From the NCBI RefSeq assembly GCF_009914755.1, contig NC_060931.1: DNA of 64,000 nt, one strand, 5' to 3'. This document shows positions 1 through 19,003 of the stretch, piece by piece (within the stretch, counting starts at the first letter, position 1; the number at the start of each line of letters is the position of its first letter). Both the position numbers and the translations under genes were made by a program. The notes below the pieces were generated by a model, which saw only the letters and a list, made by a program, of their open reading frames with translations, was not told the DNA's origin and did not search any database. Source of the DNA: the human T2T-CHM13v2.0 reference genome, Homo sapiens.

Positions 1-339
1 TGTCCATTTTCATGCTGCTGATAGAGACATACCCGAGACTGCATGGTCTATACAGGAAAAAGGATTTAAGGGACTTACAGTTCCACATGGCTGGGGAGGC
101 CTCACAATCATGATGGAAGGCAAGGAGGAGCAAGTTATGTCTTACATGGATGGTAGCAGGCAAAGAGAGAGAGAACTCCTCTTTATAAAATGATCAGGTC
201 TTGTGAGACTTATTCATTTTCATGAGAACAGCACAGGAAAGACTTCCCCCCATGACTGAATTATCTCACACTTGGTCTGTCTCACAACACATGGGAATTC
301 AAGATGAGATCTGGGTGAGGACACAGCCCACTCATATCA
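1..339 (-). mobile_element. THE1-type MaLR LTR (runs off window start)
   Basis: catgctgctgatagagacatacccgagactg...cacagcccactcatatca is the typical THE1 LTR text. Confidence 0.75.
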
Positions 340-1240
340 GCCAGCATGAAAATTTTCCAAACTCTTAAGCTCTGCTTCCCTTTTAAATATAAGGTCCAGT
401 TTCAGGTCATTTCTTTGCTCGCACATATAAGCATTGGCTGTTCGAATCAACTAGGCCACTTCTGGAACACTTTGCTGCTTAGAAATTTCTACTGCTAGAT
501 ACCCTAGGTCATCACTCTTAAGTTGAAACTTCCACAGAGCCTTAGGGCCTGGACAAAATGCAGCCAAGCTCTTTACTAAAGCATAACATGGGTGACTTTA
601 CTCCAGTTCCTAATAACTTCATTTCCATCTGAGACCTCATCAGCCTGGACTTCAATATCTCTATCAGCATTTTGGTCACAACCATTTAGCCAGTCTACAA
701 GTTGCAAACTTTTCTTCATCTTCCTGTCTTCTTCTGAAACTTCGAAATTCTTCCAATCTCTGCCCATTACCCAGTTCCAATGCTGGATCCACATTTTTAG
801 GTATCTTTATAGCAATGCCCCTCTCCTCAGTACTTATTTTGTATTATGCCATTCTTGCATTGCTATAAAAAAGTACCTGAGGCTGGCTAATTTATAGAGA
901 AAAAAAGGTTTAATTGGCTCATGATTCTGCAGGCTTTACATGAAGCATGGTGCTGGCACCCGCTTCTGGGGAGCCCTCAGGGAGCTTACACCATGGTGAA
1001 AGGTGAAGGGGGAGCCAATGTGTCACATGGTCAGAGCAGGAGCAAGAGAGAGACAGAGGTATCACACTCTTTTAAACAACCAGATCTCACATGAACTACC
1101 AGAGCAAGAACTCACTCTTCACCAAGTGGATAGGGCTAAGCCATTCATGAGGGAGCCACCTCCTACCAGGCTGCCCTTCCAACATTGGGGGTTACATTTC
1201 AACATGAGATTTGGAGGGGACAAACATCCAAACCATAACA
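340..1240 (-). mobile_element. MST internal fragment plus MST LTR (MaLR)
   Basis: Internal part gives the ORF-like text DQNADRDIEVQADEVSDGNE, typical of MaLR-int. The LTR runs from tgtattatgccattcttgcattgctataa (~840) to accataaca (~1240). Confidence 0.75.
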
Positions 1241-4043
1241 GAGATGAATGCCAAGACAGCTGGACTAGGTGGGGCAAGCCAGGAACAGGCTTCAGAAACA
1301 GCCTAGGCAGGAGGCAGGAAGACAAGACGGCAGGAAGCAGTGCAGAACAAAGCAGGCTCCTCATCATTCAACCTCCCCTGAGTGCAGCAAAGGGGCCTTA
1401 TTGTCAGCCCCTAACTGATCATTGATAACTAAAGTTACAACAACTCATACCTGTAAGGGCCATGGTGAGTTAGAGCTGGCAAGAGCCCTAATGATACACA
1501 GTCTTCTCTTGAAAGAGGAGAAGACTGAGGCCCAGAGAAGTGAGTAAATTTCCCAACAAGCAGAGAGTTGAGACTGGAATCTGGCTTCCCACCCCAGCCC
1601 AGTGCTCTTGGAACCAGAGGACGGTCCTCACCCAGTCAGCTAAGGGGAGCCTTGGCATGCTGGCCACCACCAGCCCAGTGATGCTAGGAAAGTTGCAGTG
1701 CTTATCTATCTGTGTGTGCCTCCCTTTGTTCAAATGTAATGTAGAAACAATAATACTGCCTTTCAGGATCTTCCTGTAAGAATTAAATTACTTAATATTT
1801 TAAAACATAGTGGTGTCATATTTGAGCTCACATTACCCTAAGATTCACCCTACCATCAGGCTGCTACAAGGAATTCAAAGATTCCTGGGTAGAGACCTGA
1901 TGAAAATGGGCACCGGTTAAAATAAAAAAAGGAGGGATAATTTGGGGGTGGGGGTGTCATTTACGTTGTCCCCAGGTCCTACCCCTGGAATTGCGCAAGG
2001 GCCACAATAGTCAGAAATGGATTATTTCATGGGATGTTCAATGAAACCTCAGTTAAACCGTGAGACCATCTTGTCTTATTGCTTAAAACCACTGAAAGCT
2101 GAAAGGGTTAGATTTATGGAGCTTCTGGGTAACATCCTCTGAGGACCCTAGGAATGGTGAATGAGGGAGGAAGGGAGTAGGGAGAGAATAATTTAAACAG
2201 AGCAGAGCCAGGCAAACTCTCCCTGCATGAGAAACTAACAGGAAAACCCAGGTCCCATGTGAGTACCAAGTTAAAGGACCCCAGCAGGCCATGTTGGTTC
2301 CCTTTCCCCTTTCTGGACTTACTGCTCCATCAAGGCTAAGCAGACCATTGGCTCTCCCTTTTCCTCTGTTCTCCTGGCTCCCACTACCTCTGCTTTTTTC
2401 AACAACAGATGTATTTTTCAAGGATCCTGCTCCTGGGAAGTACTTCTTCTAGCACTTCACTTATCTCACCTGATGCACTATACCTAATTATCAGCTTAAT
2501 TGCCTTCTTCCACCACTGACCAGTTACAATCAGGTATATTCTATCTTCGTCCCTGTGGCATTATCGCGCCAAAACAATAGTAGACACTGCATATTTATTG
2601 GATGAATGAGTTAATGAATGAATGCTTGGAACTCTTCCTGACAATCAAATTCAGGCCCTAGTCCCACACATAAGTAATTAAAAGTCGAAGTGACCATACT
2701 GAGCAAGTTCCTGAGCTCTTGCTAGTAAAAACAAGGCCCTTGGAGCAACATTGGTTTTTCTCAGAAGCTTATTAAAAATACAGACTCTCAGGCTGAATCT
2801 AAACTTGCATTTTAACAAGATCCCCAGATGATTCCCACACATTGAAGGTTAAGAAGCCCTGTTCTAAGGGGTAACGTCTTCCAGAGAGCTTAGCTGCTTC
2901 CAGTGCCCTACCTCAAGGGTCTGATTCAAGGAATGAGATGGAAGTCTGCAAATGCAGGCAGATCACTAAGGTTTCTGGCCCTGGGGCTCCATCATCAGTC
3001 TACCCTCCACTCCAGATTGGCCTAGAGATCCCCAAGTGTGAGGCAAGGAATCAAGCGCTCCCTGAGAGGGTGTCAAGCCCCAGCGCCTCCTGGAGGCCTC
3101 CAGCTGTGCAGAATCATGCTCTTGGCAGCACCTGGCTGCTATTGTTAGGAGAGAATGAGGAGCTGCGAGGACAGTGGCACTGTACATGCTGACTAAAAGG
3201 CGGGGCTCCTATCTGCATTTGGAATGACATACCCGATTCTATTTGCGAAGGAAACACAATGGCCCTTTACTACAGGATTTGAATGGCAGGAACCAGCTAA
3301 ATGGACTAGGAAATGATTAAGAGACAAAAGTCAAGGCATTGTGTGTGCACCATGCTTAGCCCAGTCCTGAAAGCCCTATTATAATGGCCACTGTTCCTGT
3401 AGCCCCTCCTGAGCCCCACCACCCTCCTCAGAAACACTGTGGCTCCTTGGACACACTGCAAGGCCTATTTGTCTCTCCTCAAGGAAAAGGGTGGAAAGCT
3501 ACAGCAAACTTTGCCAGGGACTGGGAGGGATGGTGAGGCAGGGAGAGATGAAGGGGCAAAAGACAGGTGGGACAGGAGGTGACAGCCATAGACCACAAGC
3601 GGATCAGGGAAGGATGCAGACGGCAGAATTTGCAAATGTTGTACTGCAGCTTGGAAGAGAGGAGAGAAAGAAGGGGGCAGGGAAATATCCACTGCTGTCC
3701 CACATCATGGGGCAGGATGTCAGGAAGCCCAAGTTCAAAACCCTTGCCCCACATACTGGCTATGTGACTAAGGCATTTTGCTTGTGCTTTCTGGATCTCC
3801 TTTTCCTGGTCTGCAACATGCAGATGCTGATATTAGCCGTATGTGGTGATATGCCAATGAAATTAACTGAAATGAAGCATAGGAAAGTGCTTAGCACAGT
3901 TCTTGACACATAAACTGTCAATTCTAGATCAGAAAGAACAAGAAATTGCTTCCTTTGCCTGTCAACTAGTACATACCGCACCACCCCAGTCCTGCCCATG
4001 TCACCCCCTGAGAAAGGCTTAAGGCATGATTCATCTCAACATA

Positions 4044-4102
4044 TTAGAGGTTGGTGCAAAAGCTATTGCACTTTTTGCCATTACTTTTAATACAACCTAA
4101 TA
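4044..4102. mobile_element. MADE1 (Hsmar1 MITE), internally deleted
   Basis: ggttggtgcaaaagctattgcactttttgccattactttt...caacctaata; the right arm is largely missing. Confidence 0.75.
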
Positions 4103-4161
4103 TTTGTATTTAAGTGGGGACTTCAAAAGAGTCAATGGCTTCTGTTTCAAAAGAAACACTC

Positions 4162-4574
<413 letters not shown>

Positions 4575-5940
4575 CTAGGCTGATATCTCTTGAGTCATGA
4601 CCGCAATGGGACCACTTTCCTACTCAGCCTCTGTCTGAGACCATTGAATATGATCTGAATCCAGCTTTCTTTGAGCAAGGTTAGAGAGAAATGCTCTGAC
4701 AGCAGAAAAAGACTTGGAATGCCAGGAGCTCTGCAGCATGACTCCAGCAGTGGGGGTCAGTGGGTGGCAGGAGTCACTGGGGAATCAGGCCTGGGAGAGT
4801 CAGGGCTGCAGGTCACATGGCAGAGCCTGAGTCCCCCATACAGACATACAACCTGGGCCTGCCCCCCACTCCTGGACAGTAGAGACCCGTAACCACTGCT
4901 CCATAGGAGTTGGGAAGTTAGAAGGTCTACATTTGGTTCATGAACCACAAGATGGGGCCACCAAGATGACAATCATTCTGATAGCCAAAAGGATCTGGAT
5001 CTCAGCATGGAGAGTGTAGCCACTGAGCACTGATGAGCCACAATTCTCATGGGGTGGGGCCAGGAAGGTAATGTTCTGACAGGTGGTGGGACTTGGATGC
5101 ATGGGGGTGTGGGGGTGGCAAGAGCACAGAGCCAAGCTGAGATCAAAATGGTGGCCCTTAGGGCCCCTTATCCAAAACCTGACACAAAGAGGGTGGCCCA
5201 CTCCTGCCTCCTTGCAGACAGTCTTGAGGAGAGGGCAGTGGAAGACAAGACAAGGGCTTCTAGAGAGAGTGTGGCAGCCAGGCCGCGGATGTTGGGACAA
5301 GTGTCACTGCACTATTTGGGGGTCTGGGAAGGGGATGGAGGTCAGGGTCAGAGGCACAGCCTCAGAAAAGCTGGACGGAGCAATAGTGAGTGCCCAGGTA
5401 GCAGACTGCACATGCCTGATGAGGACTGGTCCACCCACTCAAGGAGTCCAGGGAGACCAGAGGCAGAGGGGTCAGTTGGCTGAGAGGCGGCCGTCAGGGT
5501 AGAATTGGTGACAGATATGGGAGAACATGTTGGTGCCCATTAGAATCATAAAACTGAAATGGCTGCAGAATCACTAGAGTAATTCTAAAGCCTCCAGGGA
5601 GGCTTTGAGTCAGGTGCTCAAAGATCCTGTCCACATTCAGCTGGAGTGGCCACAATGCCAGTCGTCACTTCAAAACAGACACCCAGAAGAGGCAGCAGGG
5701 CCCAGCCCTTAGGAAAGAGTTGGAGAAGATGAATGAAGCAGAGCTGTCACCCAAAATAAAAGGCTATTTGTGGTGGTATTAAGTACAAAGTGAAGAACCA
5801 AGGTGGGAGGTAGACTATATCTTATGAGAAATGACCACAGTGAGGTCACACATTCCTTCCTTTTATGCAAATAGGAAGACCCAGGTCCCTATACATTTCA
5901 ATAAGCCTTTCTTCTTTCCCAGGGTCATCCCTCCCTGTAA

Positions 5941-6501
<561 letters not shown>

Positions 6502-7947
6502 AAAGAAGGCAGACTTCTAAACCTAGAAATTCTGATGCAATAACATGTAGGAAAGAGCCTAGGAATTTGCAAAAATGTTTCAACCCCCAGACAATTGTGA
6601 AGCACGGCCAAATTTGGAAAATATTGATCTACACAAAACAATGCAACTATCCAAATATTAAAAATGACTTCACAAAAGATAGCTAAGAGTTTGTGTCCAA
6701 TTTTGTAAATATATAAGCAATATACATTGTGGTATATAATAAATGTATAACTCCGATTCTATAAACACACACACACATGCGCATATATCTGAGTTGTAGG
6801 ATGATAGAGGTTTTTCTTCTTTATTCCTTTCTCAGTTGACTTTCTATAATAAACACTTATTCTGTTCATAAAGAAAATATGATTTTGTGAGTGCTGGGGA
6901 GCAGATTATGACATATTTGGACTCCCAGAGAGGCTTAGCTCAGATTCCGTGTGTGGGTTTCCTAAAAACGCAATGCCTCCCAGCGAGGCGTGCTGTCCCC
7001 TTCCTTTCTTCTGGAGAGTCTTCGTATGTGTTTGTTTCAATACACTCTTCATTCTGACTAGCAGACTGCACGGCTGGCTTTTGTAAATGAACACTCATTT
7101 CGCTCTATTAAATTAATATATTGACTTTTTTTTTCCACAGGAGTTAAGGAGGAGATCGGGGCTGGGGGGCTGGGCATGCATTCAGGATAGGGCTCTAGTC
7201 AGCAGGAAATGAAAGAGCTGAGCAAGGAAACTGAGGTTGATATCAACATGGTGGGGAGGAGAGGCTGCTGTGCGGAGGCTCCCCTGTGCTGCAGGTCGCC
7301 CTGTGCCTGGTGCCAGGGCTCTCACTGGGGACCCTAGACCCCTCTCAAGCCAGAGCCCCATCATGCCAGGGCTGAGTCTGCTGTTGCTCTCCCTGGGGCA
7401 GGAGGGGAGAAGATCTGGTATGAGTCCAGCGTGAGTGCTTCACACTGGTGAAGAACAAGTTTCTGGAGTGAGAAAGAACTGGATTCAAAATCTGAGTCTG
7501 GCACTGAACACTCAGGCATGTTACTGTCCTTCACTAAGCCCAGTTTCCTCTCATCTAGTAGGGATGATAACAGTATCTACTCAATGGATTTCTTGATCAC
7601 GACCATCGTCCAGCTCCCACAGACCCCATCGCCACCCACCCTCCTCAGGATGCAGTGACAATGTGGGCCTGCTCTGAAGACTCAGGGTTGGGGCCAGATG
7701 GTTAGAGAAGATGTCTGCTTTTTTCTCCCCTTCAGCCATTGAGACAAATATTTGTTATGAATACTGAGATTCTTCATTCTCTGCTTCACTTCTGACTGGA
7801 GGCAGCCTGAGGGGAAGACTTTTTTGAGAGGGAGAAACTGCTGGGAAGGTCCCTGGCTCTTGAGGGAGTGACACTGAATATTAAGGGTCTGGAGTGATGT
7901 CTGGAACGGCTGCAGCAAATCACTTCATCCCTCTGAGCATCAATTTC

Positions 7948-8243
<296 letters not shown>

Positions 8244-10109
8244 CCAGTTTCCTTTTCTTTCCAACTAGGGATAATAGTGCCTTCTTCACAAGGCTGTTGT
8301 GAGAATTACATAAGATATTATTTGTGAGAGACTGTAGCATCATGATTGGCATATAACAGCACCCAGCAAATGTTAGTTTCTTTCCTCTTTTAATAGCCAA
8401 CGTGCAGGGAGAGTTTAATTCTGGAAATATTTGTTGACCACTTATTATGACTTCTGTAATATTTGAACGTGAATCATTGACAAGTCAGTCTGAAAACTGG
8501 CTGAGAGTCTGCGGGCAGGGGATTTGGAAAGAAAGGCAGTGGGACGACTCACCCTGGGGAAGAGAGGAATGTGTTTGCTCCTGAGGGAATGAGCCCCTAG
8601 GTTCTTTCTGGTGGGGGAAGAAGTCTGGAGCTGGAGGAGGCTGTCTGGGAGGTGGTGTGGCCTCTGACTTGCACTCTCAGCCTTAAGCCAATGGCTCACA
8701 CAATGCTAGTGTGATTGCATTTTCTGTGAAAATCTGGCAGAACTGAGTTCCACAGCTGACATGACTGGAACAAGAGGCTCCATTCATGGACTTAGAATAG
8801 AACCAACATTAGGGCAAGGGCTCTAGAAGCTTCCAGGGGTGGGGTGCTGGAGCGTTTGAGTCAAGGGCACTTACGTCTCTGACAAGTGAAGAACCTCAGC
8901 AGATCTCTGCTTTACCCATACATTTTACAAGATGCCCTGAGTGCAGCTGTAGAGGGATTTCTCCAGTCAAGGATCCTTGACATGAATGCTCAAAAGATAC
9001 ATTCTTCCTCTACGGTGCAGTCATCAAGGACAGCAGGACAAGCAGATTTATCCTCACCTGAAGTCATAACCAGGATCAGTTTTCCCCAATTCCAGCTCTT
9101 CAATTCTCCAAAGAGGACTTTCTGTAACTACCTTAGGAGAAACACACTACAGAATAAACATCAGCAACCAGCACAGGTGTGAGTGGAGACATTTGATCCC
9201 CAGCCCTGTCATTGTTGAATCTGGTGTGTCTAAAACCTCACGAAGGGGCAGAGGAGAACATGGTGCAGTAAACAACCTGCCCCATGCCCCAACTTACACT
9301 GCTGGCAGTAAATGACCCTCACAACTATCTCCTCCACTCATTCCCACAGATAGTGATATGTTGGCATTAACAACACATCTCTTTAAAAATTCAATTATAT
9401 TTGCGTCTATTTGACAGACTAGAATAATTACTATCTGCTGCTAAGGTTTCCCCTGCAGATGCAAGAAAAAAGTGACCTTACATTTTCTGTCTGTCTGATT
9501 GTGGCAGCCAAGATTGAATAGGGAAATACAGAGGGTAGAAATCTAATTATATAACAGTATTGTGGTCATTTTTTTAAAGTTCTTATCTTTTGGAGACACA
9601 TATTGAAATATTTATGAATACAATGATATGATTGTGGGATTAGCTTCAAATAATGCAGGATGGGTATGATTTCATTTACATGAAGTACAAAAGCAAAAAG
9701 AAAATCACAAACCCATGCTGTTGAGGTGAGGAGAGTGGGGCGGAGGGTGGAGATAGTGACCAGTAGATAGGACGAGGTGGGTATCTGGGATTTGCATTTA
9801 CACAAATGGCTTTGGGTTATGAAAATTCACTGTGCTTTAATTTTATAGCATATGCTTTTCTGTGCCTGTGTATATGTATACATGTGTATGAACATCATAC
9901 TTCAACAAACCTTTTTGAAAAATCATAATGTGGGAGGAGGGGTAACTGACGTGGGGGTGGGAGTGGGGAGTGACCAAAACAGGATTGTCTGGGTGTTCAC
10001 TGCTGAAGCTGGGTGGTGGGCACGCAGCGGTTTATTTTACTAATCTCCTATTTGTGTCAATGCTTGACATTTTCCACAAGAAAAATTTTATGAAAGTATC
10101 CCTGGAGGT

Positions 10110-10423
<314 letters not shown>

Positions 10424-10462
10424 AAAGTATCCCTGGAGGTGTTACGTCTCATGTATTCTTAA

Positions 10463-11344
10463 TTTTTTTTTAATTATACTTTAAGTTGTAGGGTACATGC
10501 GCACAACGTGCAGGGTAGTTACATATGTATACATGTGCCATGTTGGTGTGCTGCACCCAGTAACTCATCATTTAACATTAGGTATATCTCCCTCCCCCCT
10601 CCCCCCACCCCACAACAGTTCCCAGAGTGTGATGTTCCCCTTCCTGTGTCCATGTGTTCTCATTGTTCAATTCCCACCTATGAGTGAGAACATGCGGTGT
10701 TTGGTTTTTTGTCCTTGCGATAGTTTGCTGAGAATGATGGTTTCCAGCTTCATCCATGTCCCTACAAAGGACACGAACTCATCCTTTTTTATGGCTGCAT
10801 AGTATTCCATGGTGTATATGTGCCACATTTTCTTAATCCAGTCTATCATTGTTGGACATTTGGCTTGGTTCCAAGTCTTTGCTATTGTGAATAGTGCCAC
10901 AATAAACATACGTGTGCATGGGTCTTTAGAGCAGCATGATTTATAGTCCTTTGGGTATATACCCAGTAATGGGATGGCTGGGTCAAATGGTATTTCTAGT
11001 TCTAGATCCCTGAGGAATCGCCACACTGACTTCCACAATGGTTGAACTAGTTGACAGTCCCACCAACAGTGTAAAAGTGTTCCTATTTCTCCACATCCTC
11101 TCCAGCACCTGTTGTTTCCTGACTTTTTAATGATTGCCATTCTAACTGGTGTGAGATGGTATCTCATTGTGGTTTTGATTTGCATTTGTCTGATGGCCAG
11201 TGATGATGAGCATTTTTTCATGTGTCTTTTGGCTGCATAAATGTCTTCTTTTGAGAAGTCTCTATTCATATCCTTCGCCCACTTTTTGATGGGATTGTTT
11301 GTTTTTTTCTTGTAAATTTGTTTGAGTTCACTATAGATTCTGAA
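10463..11344 (-). mobile_element. 5'-truncated L1PA (ORF2 C-terminus + 3'UTR)
   Basis: ORF 10667..11269 is the L1 ORF2 C-terminal Cys-rich region ([18 protein letters not shown]); 17-bp TSD GTCTCATGTATTCTTAA at 10446-10462 and 11345-11361. Confidence 0.95.
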
Positions 11345-11371
11345 GTCTCATGTATTCTTAAATATTATTAG

Positions 11372-11753
<382 letters not shown>

Positions 11754-12515
11754 AAAAATGTTAATTTTTTAAAACCAAAGGCTCAGTACGACAGGAGTTG
11801 AAGCTCTGATCGGTCAGAGAAGAGGATGGGTCATTTGAATATGAGCCAGAGTGCTGAGTGTTTGTGCAAATGTGATTTTTTTTTGCCTACCCTGGTGAAG
11901 CCACCTTAAATTAGTAATTGTCATTTAAAAGGGAAACAGAGAGATATATGTTAGCATTTGCCAATATTTGTATTTATTTACTAATTTTATTGATTACTTA
12001 TTAATATTTCTAGACTTCATATCTGTACTATGTACAAATATAGTATAAATATCATAATGCACATTTGACAAAAAGCTTTTAAAGGAAGAGATAAAATATG
12101 TAAATAGATATTCTAATGTATTATTTCTACATGCCAATGGATCTTTTTTGGGTGCCTCCAGGGTATATGATTTGGAAAACATACTTTTTCTTTTCACAAT
12201 AAGAACTCGCAACAAAGAAAAAATAGATTTAAACTACACACACACAAAATCTAAATTCTGCTTTGAATATCTTCTATTAGACACCAGCCTTTGCCCTAGG
12301 CATATATGAATATCCTGGGCCTTGAGGGGCTAGTAGTCCAATAAGGGAGAAGGCATATAAAAATATAACTTCAATATGATATGGTGGTGCCACCAAGATG
12401 GAAATGGGAGCAAGGCATCTTGGAATTCTTCCTGCAGGAAAGAAAACCTGAGAGGAGATTTGAATCTTAACAAAGAACTTGGCATGCAAATAAATGTAAG
12501 AAAGATATTCCCAAC

Positions 12516-12740
12516 TGTTACGGGTTGAATTGCGTCTCCAAAAAGATATGCCAAAATCCTAACCCCGGTACCTGAGAATGTGACCTTATTTGGAAATAGG
12601 GTCTTTGCAGATGTAATCAAGTTATGATAAAGTCATTAGGGTGCACCTTAATCCAATATGACTGGTGTCCTTATAAGAGGGAAAGAGTCACAGAGACTCA
12701 CACAGAGAGGAGAATGCCATGTGTAGACACAGACATACAG

Positions 12741-12742
<2 letters not shown>
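12516..12742 (+). mobile_element. MLT1 (MaLR) LTR, 3' part missing
   Basis: tgttacgggttgaattgcgtctcca...gaatgtgaccttatttggaaatagggtctttgcagatgtaatcaag. Confidence 0.8.
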
Positions 12743-13648
<906 letters not shown>

Positions 13649-15419
13649 TAAACGATCATTCCTAGCTGATTTTTATGCAGCCTGCTCATTTCTTCAATAT
13701 CTTTAACCTCTCTAAAGGAAAAACAGCCAAACCATTTTAAAAACAAAGATCTTTCTCGCCTCAACTCTTTCCCTCTTCTCCCCTTCACAAACCTTGTTCC
13801 ATGCCTTGTCTTCCGATGAACCACAATTCTCCACTGAACCGAGGTGAGAGTGATTTGTGCAACTATCACTCCACTGAAGTTGAAACTTCAATCTTTTTAA
13901 AGTTCAGAGGCTACTTGTCTCATTGACACATGATAGTAATCCACACTGAACACTTTGTGTGAAACACTCTGAACTGGACTTCTGATGTTATGCTTCCCTG
14001 GTTTTCTTCCTATCTTGGGATTTTCTCAGCCTCTTGCTGATCTCACCTCTAACCATCTCAGATCTTGGCCTTCCTCTATTCATACATGCCGTAGGCAGTC
14101 TTGTTCATTACAGTGAATCACCGCCCAGACCATTACCTGAGAGTCTGCCTTGGATATCCACCTTGGATATCTCAAAGGTCTCAAATTTAACATGTCTGAA
14201 GAACCTCTGGCTCTTATCTACCCCACACCTGCCTGTGGTTCAGGTTCAGTAAGTGGCACCATCCCCCACTGGCTTTCTAAGGTAGAAACTTGAAAGTCAA
14301 CTTCGACTCTTCCCTCTTCCTCACCTCCATGAATTCTGTGCGTCACAAGGCCTGGTAGGTTCTCAAATCTCTTGAATTCATCCTCACTTCTAACACATGA
14401 ATCGAGCCCCTATCATCTGTCACCTGGAGAATTTAATAAATTTCTAAGTGATCCGTTTTTCAAAATTAACTGCATTATCGAGCTATAATTCACATTCCAT
14501 ACATTTCACCCATTTAACATGTACAATCCATTGATCTTTAGAGTATTCACAGAGTTGTGCACCTATCAATCCATTGTGTAACATTTTCATGACCCCCAAA
14601 ACCCATACCACTCTCCGTTCCCTCCCCAGATGATCTCTTTGGTGCAGTTCTTTGCTCACATTTTCTCCACACTGCAATCAGATATTTTTCAATACAATTT
14701 TAATGTCATGCTTTTGTTTAGAACATTTATTACCCTTGAAATAAAATCCAGGTTATTTTCTGATTTATAAGGCCTTTTGAATCTGGTCTTTGCTTGCTTT
14801 TCTGGACTAATTTCCTTCTTTACAATTTACAAACTGACCAAATTGAATGTTTTAGTTACTTTAATGGGCCTTCTTTTCATACAGTTTTTTCTGCCTTAAG
14901 CACCATTCCCCATGGACTGGTTAAATCTTAGGTAACCATACATCCTAGTTTATGCTTGTTTTCACTATCACTCTCAAAAGTGTGCCTGTTTGGATGGTAA
15001 ATGATATGGTAACCCTGGTTAAGTTCAATTTACACCTCATGTAACTTCCTCCAGGAGGCTTTAACAAAAATTCTATCTTGGTTCCTTTTGTTTAAATTTC
15101 AAATGCACCTCATATTACTTAACACCAAACTGTATTAGTCATTTTGATTGTCTTCACTGCTGTGAGGACAAGGGCTTGTGTCTACCCTATTTATCTCTTT
15201 ATCTTCAACACCTAAAAGTGTGTGGCACATAACAAGCACAGAACTGAACAAAACCTATGTAAAGGAGTGTATAGGTCATGAAGAAAAATTTAATTTCAGT
15301 AAAGTCATTCAGGCAACTATTTTGGAATTCTAATTAATACTGAAATGTCTCTGACACCATGGAGAAAGGATTTGTCAAATAACCATCAAATGAGTTGGAA
15401 TTAAAAAAAAAAAAAAACT

Positions 15420-17560
<2,141 letters not shown>

Positions 17561-17572
17561 ATAGTCCATATA

Positions 17573-17588
<16 letters not shown>

Positions 17589-17606
<18 letters not shown>

Positions 17607-17887
17607 TTTTTGAGATGGAGTCTTGCTCTGCTGCACAGGCTGGAGTGCAGTGGTGTGATCTTGGCTCACTGAATCCTCTGCCTCCCAGGTTCAAGTGATT
17701 CTCCTGCCTCAGTCCCCCAAGTAGCTGGGATTACAAGTGTGAACACCCAGCTAATTTTTGTATTTTTAGTAGAGACAGGGTTTCACCATGTTGGCTGGGC
17801 TGGTCTCAAACTTCTGACCTCAAGTGATCCGCCTGCCTCTGCCTCCCAAAGTGCTGGGATTACAGACGTGAACCACAGCGCCTGGCC
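17589..17887 (-). mobile_element. AluS with (TA)n tail extension
   Basis: Alu dimer; TSD TGTATAGTC(C/A)ATAT, with the right copy split by LTR13. Confidence 0.85.
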
Positions 17888-17895
17888 TGTATAGT

Positions 17896-18905
17896 TGTGG
17901 GTGGCAAGCCACCTAGATGCCAAGGCAAGAGACCGAGGGCACGAGCCGCTCCAATATAATAAAATATATAAAACAACAAGAGTTATACTAGATCTAGATC
18001 ATAGACATGATTATATATGAATATCATTAATCATTAGTTTGTAGCAATTACTCTTTATTCCAATATTATAATAATCCTCGCTCTATAATCATAACCTAGG
18101 AAAAACCAGGCCATACAGAGATAGGAGCTGAGGGGACATAGTGAGAAGTGACCAGAAGACAAGAGTGCGAGCCTCTGTTATGCCCGGACAGGGCCACCAG
18201 AGGGCTCCTTGGTCTAGCAGTAACGCCAGCATCTGGGAAGACACCTGTTGCCAAGCAGACCGTGGTCTAGCAGTAGCGTCAGTGTCAAGTTAAAACACTA
18301 GCTACTTAGCAGACCAGGAAAGGGAGTCTCCCTTTCCCCAGGAGAGTTTAGAGAAGGCTCTAATCCTCCACCTCTTGTGGAGGGCCTGACTGATGTCAGG
18401 CCCACCAGCAGTTATCTGGAGGCCTAACCATCTCCCTGTGATGCTGTGCTTCAGTGGTCATGCTCCTTAGTCCACTTTCATGTTCCATCCTGTACACCTG
18501 GCTCTGCCTTTTAGATAATAGTAGCAAAATTAGTGAAAGTGCTAAAAGTGTCTGATATGCAGAAATAATGGCATAAGCTGTCTCTCTTTCCCTCTCTCTC
18601 TCTCTGCCTCTTCAGCTGCCAGGCAGGGAAGGGTCCCCTGTCCAGTGGACATGTGACCCACATGACCTTCCCTATCATTGGAGATGGCTCACACTCCTTA
18701 CCCTGCCCCTTTGTCTTGTATCCAATAAATATCAGCGCAGCCTGGCATTTGGGGCCACTACTGGTCTCCGCCTCTTGGTGGTAGTGGTCCCCCGGGCCCA
18801 GCTGTCCTTTCTTTTATCTCTTTGTTTTGTGTCTTTATTTCTACAATCTCTCATCTCTGCACAAGGGGAGAAAAACCCACCGACCCCGTGGGGCTGGACC
18901 CTACA
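17896..18905 (+). mobile_element. LTR13 solo LTR (HERV-K13/HML-4 group, ERVK)
   Basis: TG...CA ends (tgtgggtggcaagccacc...ggggctggaccctaca), 1010 bp, AATAAA near 18724, 6-bp TSD TATAGT at 17890-17895 and 18906-18911. Confidence 0.85.
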
Positions 18906-19003
18906 TATAGTCAATATTTTTAATAAAAGTATTCAACAGGGAGAGGATAGTCTTTTCAAAAATGGTGCTTGAACAATTGTAGATATATAAGTTCATAGAA
19001 TAA

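Noticed and set aside
4044-4102. Second miR-548-like hairpin
   Set aside because: The right arm is deleted, so no long stem can form.
10667-11269. 200-aa ORF
   Set aside because: L1 ORF2 C-terminal fragment of a 5'-truncated copy.
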